From assembly GCA_965287045.1 (NCBI GenBank), contig OZ336881.1, forward strand, positions 46,376,001 through 46,440,000: a stretch of DNA of 64,000 bases, read 5' to 3'. The notes beneath the pieces were generated by a model. It was given only the letters and a program-made list of their open reading frames with translations, ran no database searches and was not told where the DNA came from. Within the stretch, counting starts at the first letter, position 1. Each line of letters starts with the position of its first letter. Positions 40,351 to 53,291 of the stretch are shown piece by piece. The translations under genes were made by a program, and so were the position numbers. Origin of the DNA: Carcharhinus amblyrhynchos. Its lineage: Eukaryota.

Positions 40351-42379
40351 AATCCTTCTCACTATTTATGGAGTTTCCTGACCCAATGTCTAATATACCT
40401 TGCCACCCTGTTCCCTCACTTCCTAACGACTGAAAATCTAACTTCCGGGCAGCCATTTTTAAAATTCAGATTCTCAGAGAAGGGAATTTTATCAGCTCTA
40501 CACAGCAACTCATGGACAAGAACCCAGGCCTTTGTGTATGATGGCTAAATTATCTTATGATTTATGAAAGTTTGTAGTTTTTATGTACCTTACTATAAAT
40601 GCTATGGACTTAACTTGCCCCCAAAGATAATTAGAAGGTACTCCTCCAGTTACTGTATTGAGATTATCTTGTTATCAACACGTTTGAAGAACAGTTTCTG
40701 CCAGGTTTTGTTTCAATGCAATTTGCCAAAACTGGCCAAACGAGCACAAAAGACCAAGAAATTTCAAACACAATTACATTGAGCATAAAACAAGATTCTG
40801 CAGTCTTTTGTGCTGGTTTGAAAAAAAAGATCACACCACAAAACTGGCCATGGCCCAGATTGAATCAATCACCATGCTCAGTTTCCACTAATAGCATCCA
40901 TTACCAAGCCTTCTAGAAGGTTCTTAAAATCAAGTTTTTTGGGGGGCATGTAGGCATGTTTTAAAAGCTTTTTCTCAAACGAAGAAACGGACCACTACAT
41001 ACCAATGAAACCAATGTATGTATTTGTATAATTTTTATAAAGTAATTTACATTTATTTGCAATTGAGTTACTCGCAGGGGGTTGACTAGATACAGTGATT
41101 AAAAATGAATATTTTTTGTGATAAACCCATTGTTAGGTATATTAAGAAAACTGCACCAGATTACCTCTCTTAAAATCGTTGAGCAATATTATTAGTACTT
41201 TTTTTTAAACAAAACTTAAGTTCCAAAACAGCTCAATTGCAATGGTTCATGATGTTATATTCAACAATACACAGGTAATCTTGAGCACACACTTGGGACG
41301 GGGGAGTGGGGTGGGGGGTGGAAATCTTTCAAAACTAGCACAATTTAGTTTGTGCAATTTGTCAGATCACCTTTTGCACACAAACCATAGCCGTAATGCA
41401 TTCAAAAAAGGAATGTTAGTGTAGCGGACAATATATTAAACATATAAAACTGATATAACTTCATATTTATCTGGTTTTCAGCAAATAGTGTCATTATTTT
41501 AATTTGTTAGCATACAAAGAAAGAACGATGTAAAAACTCATTTGCACGAAGATGAAAGAAAATAGTCGGCATCTGTATTTTCCTGTGATTGAGTCATTAT
41601 CTACAAGATCTGTTTACATAACTGGGCAATAGCATCAATAAAATGTATTCAGTTTAAATTGTACAATTTGAAGTAGATTACTCTTGGATAATAAAATGTC
41701 TTGGAGGCATAAATACACAAATTGAAATGCCACTCTCAAATGCAGTGAAAAAGACTAAAGTACTTGCTTTGCCACAGGCTCCTTCTGTTAGCTTAGCTCT
41801 GACACGCAACAGATTTTATCTTCTGAATGCCATTTTCCATCAATTCTGGCGCCTATGGCTTTGAGTTTGCAAGCTCTCATCTAAACAATGACCTCTCTTC
41901 CATTGTTCCAGTTGGTTGACTTCAAACCATGCATAACTCTGAGAAAATATGATGACACTTTCCTACCCCTAGACATTTTGATGCAAGGGACAGACATTGA
42001 GAAAGCACCTTTTCAAACTCTATCAAATTTTAAATGGAAATGCTTTATTTATATAAAAAACTATCATTATTATTATTAAAAATACATAACTCCATGTCAA
42101 TGCAGCAAATTTGAAGTACATTGTGTATTGAAATTCGGATTATTGTTAAAAAAAAAACTGATTTTATAAACAGAAATTGATAAATTAGTTGGGCAACATT
42201 GTTGGAAAGGTATCTATTTAGAATATAATCAAGACTTGAATGCAGCAACTAAATATGTCCACCTGCAAAGCTCTTTAACTATCAAGTTCTAATTCTCTGC
42301 TGGTCACACAGGAATATTACTGCTGGTTTCACACAATTGTTGCTGATGTGTCCCTCTGCACTGATCAGAATAAATACTG

Positions 42380-45300
42380 TGGGGCTTAATTAGACAGTCC
42401 CTGAAAATGGGAGCAGGAAATGTGTCATTAACCCATGCTCGTTGATTGCGATGGAGGCGGCATGCCAATTTCATGCTGCCTGCTCATTTTAATGATTTAA
42501 GATGCAGCCAGTGCTGGCTGTGCTTTTCATTGGCTGGACATATCAGCAGGGGAATAATATAGTGAGAGGCAAGCTAACTTTTATCATTAAAGCTTGTCTT
42601 CACTGCTTGAAGCCAGTTTACATCTCTTACAGGAAGGTGTGTGGTAGTGGGAGTCATGATTGAAAATAATCTGACCCAGGAAAGATTGAGGAATGGCACA
42701 ACATGGGAGAGCACACACTTCAAAGATTTCAGATGCTCCACTGGATGTCTCTGGAGAGGAAGTGGAAATAAGATGTCCTGAATCTGCAGGGAGAGCAGGA
42801 GGCCCTGCAGACACCCAATCAAAAGACAGTGACAATAGATCACTGTGGATGTCATTTTCAGGATTCAAACTTGAGGACCTATATACAGTGCCACAAGCAG
42901 TTCAATTAACTCATGCATGAAGTCAAGGACAGTGAATGCTTCTTCAAATGCCATATCTTACCTGCTGCACCTGTAGCCTTAGCCACTGCTTAAACTACCA
43001 CATGCAAATTACTCATCTAGCAACAATCTCTGTCTCATATCTAACATAAATATGCTTCACTTCAAGCTCACACATTTACCACTGCTGTAAACCTCACACC
43101 CTCTTTCTCAGCTATTCAACCATAACAGCCACATCATCCAAAAGATTGAACAACACTCACTGATATATTTCCCTCTTACTTGCAAGACAATGTAAAACCT
43201 CACACACTCAATTCCCTCTTTGCCAGCTATTCAACCATGACAGCCACATCATCCAAAAGATTGAAAAACACTCACTGATATATTTCCTTCTCACTTGCTG
43301 GACAATGTGTTGCACACCCAGAGATAGCAGGAACTAATTGGAAGGTGAGAGGCATACCTGCATGTCTTTACCAAGGAGGAGATGATGCTGGCTACTGTTG
43401 GGATGTGCACTGCTGAGTCTATTTCAGTAGAAGGGCTGAAGCCATTGAACGTTACAATATGCTGCCTTCCTCTTGGATCCCATTTCCCTTTCATCCTACA
43501 ATTTTGAGTTGTAAGCTGTAGATGGTATAAACACATACCTCTTACTTCCATCACCACCTCCTGCAACTCCCAAAACCACAATATTTCCCATGTCCTTTCT
43601 CCCTGCAATGATCAGACAATGGAGGAACAACAAGAAGAAGGTGATGATGAAGACAACTATCACTTGATTTCACAATTGCAAGCACCAGCTCAGATACTTG
43701 CATGAATCCTGGAAGACAGACTAGAGCCAAGATCTGCATATGGTGAGACCATAGGCTGCAGCTAGGAAAGGGGACAAGGGCAGCATAGGTGCCAACCAAC
43801 AATGAATTCATATGGACAAGTGAGGACTTTGGAGTCGCCCACACAAGATGAGTACGCTAATCAAAATGCTTGGTTCATTGGAAAACCTGTCACAGAGAAT
43901 GGAGCAGTCTTGCAAAATTTGGGAAAGAGTTTTGCAGTATTTGGGGCCCAACCTTTCTAGCATGGAAGTGTTGACCAGCTTTGTGTACACACTTGTTGGC
44001 CCAACCAAGATGCATAGCTGGAATTTCTTGGCTGGGTCGCAAACTCTATACCAACCTCAGTTGTGGGTTGGGAACCCCAAAGTTCTTTTTTGGCCATGAG
44101 TTGCACATGATCATCTTGGAAGTGGCCAATAAAGAAGGCACCTTCAATTAAGTTTGGTGGGCAAACTAATGAAGTAGAAGGCCACATGTGAGAATTTGCA
44201 GCTATGTCCTGCCACTAGCCCCGCTGGGAGATATAAGCACTTCTGAGCCTGGCGGGAGATCGCGAGGGTGCCTCAAAATAAAGACAGCATCGTGAAAAGT
44301 TCAAAATCTCTCATCGCCGTACTTGTTCTGCCATCATGGTGGAAGATTCACCTCATTGGTGTCTCAGTTACAGCACAAGCAACAGCTATAAAACATCCGA
44401 GTACTGCAGCAGAAACTAAGGTTGAAGTCATGCAAGCTGAAACTGCTACTGCCATGGTTCTGGATTATCATATGCAAAAGGGCCTTAGGATGTCACAGCA
44501 ATCTAGCATTTGTGCTGCTGCAGATTACTTGAATTATTGAGGCTCTGCATTGAGGAAGCTTCAGTGGCTTCATAATGCACAAATCTCTCTCAGGATGACG
44601 GCTTTCATCCTCATGTGCCTGCTCTGCCATTGCTCATAGTGTTGCTTCTAAGGCAGCCACACCTGACAGCTGCTGCCCATGCTGAGTTGCTGACATCTAC
44701 CCCCATGGCACCTACACTGAAAGTCAACAGCCTCACACCAACTATGCTGAAACCCCTATAACACTGTGTAGTAGCACTCAGACGGGCTAGGAACTTGTAA
44801 AACAGGGACCAAGGGAATATATCAAGATATTTAATTGATTTGTGCACGATTTGATATGAATTTGTGAATAAATTTGGTTTAGAATGTTTATTTTGTGAAG
44901 GCTTTTACCTTGGATTTATGGCCAAGCAGATGCTGTGATAGGCAGTAACAGAGAACAGGATGGCATGGAACTGTTAATGAATGGGGAATTGGGATTATAG
45001 TTACTTGTATTGAAGTGGAATGAGTTTTTGCAGAAAACATGGACAGAAAGTAGAGTCTGGTTGCCTCCTCTCCTTTCTTTTCCTCCTCCCCTACCCTCTC
45101 GTCATGCTTCTTTCTTCTTATTTATTCTCTGTACAATTGATGGCAGACTGATCAAGGAAATGGAAGCATTTCCCTGGATTGTACATGACCTCTAGGACCC
45201 CAGTGTTCTGGCAAAAAGCAGGTCCTGAGCTTGCGCTTATCAACAGCGGAATCAGTTCACTGATTTTACTGCAGCCAGCGCAAAGTCTTGTGGCACAGTG

Positions 45301-45740
45301 GTAGCCAGAACCTCTGGATACAAGTCCCATGCTGGCACTTGGTGGTCACAGAAGGAGCATTCATGACGCAGTTCAACAGATTGATAATCAACCAGGAATC
45401 CTTCCATTGCTTCCCGATATTTCCCAGTGTGAAGATGCACTAAAAAAATCTGCAGGCCGACTCCTAGTTGGCTGCCTGCTGTCCAATTAAAGGTGGCAGG
45501 CAGCCAATTAAACCGCCAGCAGCTCTCAAGCCTCAGCAACACTGCAGGAGAGCAAGTCACTGCTGAGACATGCAGGAGGCAATGAGAGCTCGGACGATTA
45601 TGTGCTTATTTAAATAAAGAAATATTCAAGGAGCTGAGGGTCAGAGGAGAATTACCACCAGGGATCTTCATGACTCCCATTTGTGTTTTGGAGCCCATGG
45701 CTCCGACTGCCCCCGTCCCCCAAAGCCATCGCAATTAGCA
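42380..45740. mobile_element. Decayed Harbinger-like element (Myb/SANT-like ORF remnant on +)
   Basis: MAQHGRAHTSKISDAPLDVSGEEVEIR (similar to 'P.FSD..L..L.EEVE.R') at 42693 and QCHKQFN*L (similar to 'QC.KK.NDL') at about 42886; GC-richer block. Boundaries uncertain. Confidence 0.5.
43086..43308. repeat. About 115-bp tandem duplication
   Basis: cagctattcaaccat(a/g)acagccacatcatccaaaagattgaa(c/a)aacactcactgatatatttcc occurs twice. Confidence 0.88.
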
Positions 45741-46125
45741 GCAATTTAGAAAATTGCATGTATAATTAAGGTAGAAATGATTACACATCAATAATTTTGG
45801 AGCCAATATAATGTACGGCTCAAAGTTAAAATGTTATATACTTTTAGAATTTAGCGTCGCAGGGCTGATGAAAAGCGACACATCGTCATCAACTGCGATT
45901 AGATTCCTTCAGGACAGCTTTAAATGTTATGACATTATGATTTTGGAACAACCTGTAACCATACACTTTTATTCAGGCTCTTTAGAGATCAGTAAAATAT
46001 CACTATCAAGCAAATAAAAAGGGGCTTCTCTCAACAAGTAAGAACTGATCCATAAAAGATGTTTGAAGTAACCTAATTTTAATCAGCCAATATGCTAGAT
46101 TATGTTAAAAGTTCTCGTTCATTGA

Positions 46126-46430
46126 GGGCGGCATGGCGGCACAGTGGTTTGCACTGTTGCCTCACAGTTCCAGGGATCTGGGTTCAATTCTGCCTTCAGG
46201 TAACTGTCTGCATGGAGTTTGCACATACTCCCCATGACTGTGTGTGTTTCCTCCAGGTGCTGTGGTTTCCTCCCACAGTCCAAAGATGTGCTAAATTGCC
46301 GCTTAGTGTCAAGAAGATTCACAGGGTCAATATGTGAGGTTCACAGAGAAAGGGCCTGGGGGGATTGATGTCTGTGCAGGTTTGGTGGGCTGAATCATCT
46401 CTTTCTGCAATGTGTGGGTTCTATAATTTC
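46126..46430 (+). mobile_element. HE1/V-SINE
   Basis: gggcggcatggcggcacagtggtttgcactgttgcctcac head, gggttcaattc B box, central domain, decayed CR1-type tail. Confidence 0.85.
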
Positions 46431-47034
46431 ATCACTAGAGCCTTGGACCCTGCAAGTTCTAATTTTCCTCTCACCTTCAAAATCATATTAGCAGATTCAA
46501 CATTTGAGAAAATAACCTACCAATTGGGATTCTATGTGCTAAGACTTCCATTCATTTGATTTTATAAATCATACTAAGGGATGTGGTGGTATGGTGAAGA
46601 TCTGGGTTTAGCAATATAAAGATACTGTCCAAGATATTGGATCACCATCCATTATATATCATTCCAAAAGTAAAGTTTTGAATGTTTTTGTTTGTTTGAT
46701 CTAGTATAACAGCAGGAGGAGGATGCTGTGAGGTTAGGCTATGGTTTGTTCTTGAACTGATTGATTGAGAAGTGTAGGGTTGGGGAAGGGAAACTTATTG
46801 GAAGATCCCTTTGTCTTTGAGATATATACACTTGTGAGTTTCATGAGGATTAGAATTAGAGGCAGCAGCTGTACAAATGTCCTAGAATCTTTTCATAGGT
46901 TGGGTCCCTGAGGAGAAGCTTGAAAGGGGGGAAGAGAAAGGAAATATTTGCCACGAGGTACTTTTAAACAACACTGACAATCCTCTTCATGCTTGTTCTG
47001 CTCAAAGCAATGATCTAACTTCACATAACACAAG

Positions 47035-48555
47035 TAAACATGGGGAACTGTCTTTTGGATGGGACATTTAAACCCATCAGCACTTGGAGGTGGGTGTAAC
47101 TGATCCCTGATCCATTGGTAATATTTGCAGAAAAGTAGATATGTTAGTTATTCCTCAAGCAACACCGGCAAAACACCGAGGCCAGAATTCTCTGACCTTG
47201 TCCATGGCTGGGGTTCTCCAGTCCCGCTGGAGATTTGGTTGAGTGTTAGATACTCCATTCTCACTGGCAGCAGGGTGGGGTGGACAACTTTGCCGTACAA
47301 AAAGGCAAGAGAACCCCAGCCTTTATCCAGTCATTTATCTCATTGTTGTTTGTGGTGCTTTGGTAAATGGTAATGGTAAATGGTAAATGATCATCTATAT
47401 AAATGGTAAATAGCCTCAGCTATTTACCATTTATATAGATGACCTGGAGGAGGGAACCGAGTGTATGGTGTCGAAATTTGCTGATGACACCAAGATTGGT
47501 GGAACGGCAAATTGCGCAGAGGGTGTGGAGAGTCTGCAGAAGGATCTAGATAGGCTGAGCGAATGGGCCAGGAACTGGCAAATGGAATTTAATTTTGGCA
47601 AGTGCGAGGTGGTCCACTTTGGTAGGAAGAATGGTAGGAAGGATTATTACTTACGTGGAGAAAAACTGCAGCAGGCAACGGTGCAGAGGGACCTCGGGGT
47701 CCTTGTGCATGAGTCGCAAAAACCCAGCTTGCAGGTGCAGCAGGTGGTCAGGAAGGTGAATGGGATGCTGGCCTTCATAGCGAGGGGGATTGAATATAAA
47801 AGTAGGGGGGTCTTGCTGCGGCTATGTAGGGCATTGGTGAGGCCGCAGCTGGAGTACTGTGTGCAGTTTTGGGCACCGTACTTACGCAAGGATATTTTGG
47901 CCTTGGAGGGAGTGCAGAGGAAGTTTACTAGGCTGATGCCGGAGTTGAGGGGGTTGAGCTATGAGGAGAGGCTGAATAAACTAGGCTTGTACTCGTTAGA
48001 GTTTAGAAGAATGAGGGGAGATCTCATTGAGACGTATAAGATGATGAATGGGATGGATGGGATAGAGGTGGAGAGACTCTTCCTGCTCAGAAAGGACAGT
48101 AGGACTAGGGGGCACAGCCTCAAGATAAAGGGGGGGTGGTTTAGAACGGAGTTGAGGAAGAATTTCTTCACTCAAAGGGTGGTGAATCTCTGGAATTCTC
48201 TGCCCGTTGAAGTGGTGGAGGCTACCTCGCTACATATTTTTAAGACGCGGGTTGATGGGTTTTTGATAAGAGAGGGGATTAAGGGTTATGGGGAGAGGGC
48301 GCGAATGTGGAACTGAGCCACGACAGATCAGCCATGATCTTATTGAATGGCGGGGCAGGCTCGAAGGGCCAGATGGCCTACTCCTGCTCCTATTTCTTAT
48401 GTTCTTATGTTCTTTCTATGTGCAACTTGGCTGTTACATTTGTCTACATTGGAACTAAAAGTGATTACATTCTGAAATACTTCTTTGAATGTGAGGCATC
48501 TTGGGAAGCCCTGATGACATGAAGAGTGCTATATGAATGCAGTTTCTTCCTTCCC
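47035..48555 (+). mobile_element. Old Deu-domain SINE split by a MITE (47180-47321) and a CR1 (47361-48414)
   Basis: Pieces ctgtcttttggatgggacatttaaacc, tcatttatctcattgttgtttgtggtgctt | ctatgtgcaacttggctg and gtgctatatgaatgcagtttcttcc are colinear with the SINE at 25700. Confidence 0.6.
47414..48414 (+). mobile_element. Young 5'-truncated CR1 LINE with open ORF2 C-terminus
   Basis: Uninterrupted frame PQLFTIYIDDLEEG...SKFADDTKIGG...QRDLGVLVH...FFTQRVVNLWNSLP to the stop at 48314-48316; 3' UTR ggcctactcctgctcctatt plus (tcttatgt)n tail; CpGs retained. Confidence 0.95.
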
Positions 48556-51500
48556 TCCATATCTTTAATTTTCATATATTGAACAAGAAGCACTCATTTA
48601 AATGCAATGTATTCCCAACTGAGTTTGTGCAGAGTGTGTGTTCTGCTGCAGTTAGCCTTAAAGTTGCACACAAAATTAGGCAGGATTAACTTGTTTTTTT
48701 ATCCCCTCCCAACTTCTACCCAACATCTCTCCTGATGGATAAGCCAAGACTGAAAGATTAATTGGGAAAATCATAGATGCAAATCTGTGTGCTGCTTTTA
48801 ATTGTGGTGTGCTACTTTGAGATGTCAATCTGCCACACCACAGGATGATATGGAAAGCACATTAATTTGCGATATAAATAATTTCTCAGTTTTCATATCT
48901 GCAATCCCTTCCTTGTACTTTCATCTGCTTGCATTTGTATTTTATGGTTGTGAAAGTAAAACTTTCATAGTACAGCAATGAGCTAAGTTCACCAAAGGGA
49001 AATCAGTCACAATCTGTAGATACCAAGGACTAAACTGCAGCTGGAAAATAATTGATGGATTTAGATGATACCATAAGCCACATTTGAAACTTGATCTCTT
49101 GATAAAGATCATATGAACCTCAAATGAGTTGACAGCCTTGAACTCCTCATCACAAGTTAGGATTGCTTCAATTGATTTCCTGATATCGGCTATTAAAACA
49201 GTTCAGTTCCCTAGTTACACATTTGGAAACTATCCTTTTGTTAATTGTTACTTTATGCTGAAGCCAGCAGCTAGGGTGTTTCACACCTTTATTAGCTAAT
49301 GCTGACATTCAAAGAAGTATATTAATTCCCAGTATTTACCATTAGAATATTGCTAATGAGTCCTGATGTTGACTTAATATACACATGTATAGTCAATGGT
49401 GGTTTGCTTTTCTAAAAATAATGTCACATTTGTATTTTCTGTTTTTATGAATTACACAGAGTCTAGTAGCAGTTGGTGTTCAGTTGTAAAAACCAAAAAC
49501 TGTAACTTAATGATAGATAATCAAATCAAAGTTTTCACTTAAAACAGCAGTAATGAATCGAAGGTTTGCTATAGTGGCTTTGAATATTATCCGGACATCT
49601 TGTTTGGTGCAGCATTCTAACACAGCCAGGTAGTCCATTGATCTGTACTTATTGCAGGGTAGTTTAACTTGCATTGACACATTTCTGTGACCTAAGCAAG
49701 CAAACATTGTGGTGTAGTATTACAAATGCTGATTTCCAGTACAATGTTATTTCTTGTTTAATATTGCACCATTGATGATGCAACACACAATATGGGAAGG
49801 ACAGTGAAGGCTGTTGTTTCTTAGGTGTGACCTGGTAGCTAAATAATGTGAACAAAGCGGACAGAAATAAAAAAGGGGTATTTGTCAAGATAAAATATAT
49901 ACCCTGGAGTTTGAATTGTTTTTCTGTAGCTCCAGCTTCTTATCTGTCTCCTTCATTGCTTTTCAACGATGATGCTGCTGTTTCATGTCAAATGACTGAC
50001 ACCTTTATTTGAGAAAGGGCAAAATAGAATTAGCTTTCAACAGTGACAATATAGTACATTGGGAAAGAAAGAACACATGCCAGTTGGCTTGACATGGCTA
50101 GTCTATCCCATCTGACCTGCAGGTATGAAGATATGATTAAGATTTTTTTTTTCCGCTGCTTTTTCTCAATTCTACTGCAGATTTTAGTTCTGAATCAAAG
50201 GATTGACCTCTTTCACTTTTTCGCTGCTTTCTCAGATTGTGTTAAATTACTGTTATTCCCTTGAAGTCTACCTGTTCATACAGAATTAATACACTACAAA
50301 ATAGTGACAAAATATTGTCTACTCGGTGGAAGAATGGAGCTATGTGGAATTCAATCAGCAATGGCAATGTCACAGCAAAATACTTGGGTGATCATCTTTT
50401 ATCCAAAACAAATCCTTTTCAAGCCAACTTCTAATAAAGTGGCAAACAAGTTTCATGCTAGAAATCTGTGCACAATAACAGATGATGCATGTCAGTCAGA
50501 GTCAGCAGGATACATTTTGACAACTGTGTGGTGAAGCCCAGGCCTCTATTGGAATAGTTCATATTTAGAAAAGAAAAGTGAACTGTACAATCAATTACAC
50601 GTTACTCAAAGAAAACAGTAAAGGGACACTAATACAAAAGAAATATTAATTTGTGATCTCTCATACTGATACCTATATTATCTTAAATGCCTTAATCTTT
50701 TTCTTTTATTTTGTTTTCTGAGTGTGGGCAACTCTGGTAAAGCCATGCTAATAGTGACAGGTTGACTTGTTTTAGCAGAATAAACTTTCAATTATTTGGG
50801 AAATGTTATTGAACTGCTTGTACCACAGTTGCATAATATGATGCAGCAGATAGTTGTTTCTACATATTGTTTTAAATTTGAAAGCACATAGTGGACTATG
50901 TCAGGATTACAACCAACAGGTAGCTAGGTCACCATTGGTGTGACTGGTTGGAGGGAATAATTTAACACGTTACAGTAATTTGTTGACAGTCGACCCATAC
51001 GTGAGCTGTTTGGGGAAGAGCTATGGGCCTGACTGACTTGAGAGTGAATCGTACAAATTTCTTATAAAACCAATTTAAATGGAAGTGTTAACTCATAAAA
51101 TTCTGAACGTGTGTAAATTTTAAAACAAAAATCGGGAAGACACAGGCAAACAGATATTTGTGTGTGTTCCTAAATAATATATTGTGCAGTGATCATGGAA
51201 TAAATCCAAATTCATTAAATGATTTTTTTAATCTGAATGATTTGGAGTGTAGAATTTAATTCAATTAGAAACAAACAAAAATATTTTAAATTACTTTGTT
51301 GTGTGTTTTTAATTAATCAGTTGCTTAAGGCATGATGTCAACCAAGAAAGAAATGGACTGTTAAATTTACAGTTGCTCTTGTCAAAGCCTCATTTGCTTC
51401 ATATTAAAGTTGATATTTGTTACCTGCATTTGTGCTTTTTGTATAGTACTTACTAATACACAATAATTTTGTATTACTGCTGATAATCAGCCTAATGGAT

Positions 51501-52075
51501 TTTTAAGACCTATTAGCATTCATTTTGCCACTTTCTGCTTCCCTAATTTGAGTGATTTAATGTGTTTTATTTTAATTTTGGAATACAAAAACCAAATTAA
51601 CATTAGTTGTGTCTTAAGGCATGGAAGGAGTAGTATGTGTCACAGGCATTAAGCTTTCATAGTCTTTTATTCAAGAGACTAATATGGAGAAGAATTGCAG
51701 AGAACACAAATAAATCCTACAACTGAAGCAAGGTTTAACTAGTTAATATGGGCTCTCTTCAAAACTAGCAGACAGATGAATATTTTTGTAAAGCTGTTAT
51801 ATGATATGATTTAATTTGTTGTTTTGGTTATGTCGATAATATAACTTCAATAACTTAGTTGGCGATGCAGCTTTCTAATTCTTAATTAATACAATAATTC
51901 TGTTTGCTAAAAAAAATTAAATGCCTGAAAAATTTGAAATGTTGTAGATAGCATTTCTTAAACTTCCAAATTCAAAAATTCATGTGACAACTGTATAGCT
52001 CAAGCTTTAAGTATTAACCTTTAACCTTTGACCTTACAGATTTTAACCAATGAAATGTCTCTTTAAACTTTAAAG

Positions 52076-52165
52076 GAAACAATGATAACGAACGCCTGGC
52101 GATTGCTAGACAGCGAATCCCATATCGACTTGGTCGAGTAGTTGATGATTGGCTACTCGACAAAG
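52076..52165 (+). CDS. nrxn2: Neurexin splice-site-4 (SS4/AS4) cassette exon, 30 aa
   Basis: Acceptor ctttaaag|GA, donor AAAG|gtaaaa; exactly 90 nt, phase 1 to 1. Translates (G)[29 protein letters not shown](G), the NRXN1/NRXN2-type SS4 insert (the NRXN3 insert differs). Absent from the ORF track because it is short. Confidence 0.95.
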
Positions 52166-52300
52166 GTAAAAACATTGATTAAAACTTCAAATAAAAAATA
52201 ATTTGAACATAACCAAGTAGTGTTGGATTGTAACACTAATAAACTTAAAATATAAATTGCCAGTAAAATTAAATAAAACAAAATGTTTTAAACAGTAGTT
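52166..52300 (+). promoter_or_regulatory. UWAA-rich intronic splicing element (candidate SAM68/SLM1/SLM2 STAR-protein response region)
   Basis: Dense TAAA/TTAA cluster right after the SS4 donor (gtaaaa, ttaaaa, ataaaa, aataaacttaaaatataaa, gtaaaattaaataaaa). STAR/KHDRBS proteins are established regulators of neurexin SS4 through such motifs. Confidence 0.65.
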
Positions 52301-53291
52301 AGAAATATTTGCATTGCGTGTTGAATAATTATTTTCCCATTATGAAATATCAGCAGTTTAATAAGCATACCCCATTAACTTAAGGTTAAAGGGACTGTTA
52401 AATATAGTCTTCTAATTGTGATCAATGTACAACATTAATCTTAGACATTTAACAAACAGTGATAAATCCTGTACAGAAAATGTTTACTATGTCTAAATTT
52501 AGTTATTAAAGGATGTACAATTAGCTGTGATCCATTTTTTTCATTGCTGCAACAACGTCCTTTTAAACTATAGATAACTTAAATAGTGTTTCATGTGAAT
52601 TGGAAAGAAGATCTGAAGTCCCTTTAACGTTTACTTCAAACATTTGAAGGAATTGTGGTTTGAAAAGAAGTTAACAATATAAAATGACATTTGCTGCATG
52701 CTTTTTGCTGTGCAAAAACTGAACCCTTTATAAAAGTATGATAAATGATTTTTTGTCAGAAAAGATCAAAAAAGTGGTACTGTTGCAAAGGTTTCTTCTT
52801 TTGGAGTGAAATGTTCCACGTAATTTTCTCATTTTTATGTGTCACATGTTATTTCACATTTGCATTTACAGTTTTGTTTCTCATTTTAACCCAAAGGAAG
52901 GCTTGCTGGAAGGCAATCAAAAGTCATCATAAGATCTCACGATGTGTTCTGTTATTTTTTGTGAAGCAACATCTTCTACTATGGTTAAATTCTTCTCTAA
53001 ATTCAGTAAAAATTGCTTTTGAAAGAAGGCTGTGCAAAGCAAAGTGGGAAGCCGTACATCTGATTGCCCTTTAAGCAACCAAAAGAAATGAAATTCCTCT
53101 AAGAAAGTCTGCATCTCTCACATTTCATCCACGAGCAATAAATTGCTATTCATAGTTTTCTTCGGTAATTTATTGCGGTCATTAACCACCTCATGAGTTA
53201 TTTGTTTCTTCACATAACTGTAAAATAAAATTCCTAATTAATTAAGTCCACATTCAACATTTTTCCTATATATGTAACGATGTTTTCACAG

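Noticed and set aside
47465-48316. 283-aa ORF as a host or domesticated RT gene
   Set aside because: It is the 3' end of a 5'-truncated CR1 with its UTR and tail; it lacks the N-terminal RT motifs and a promoter.
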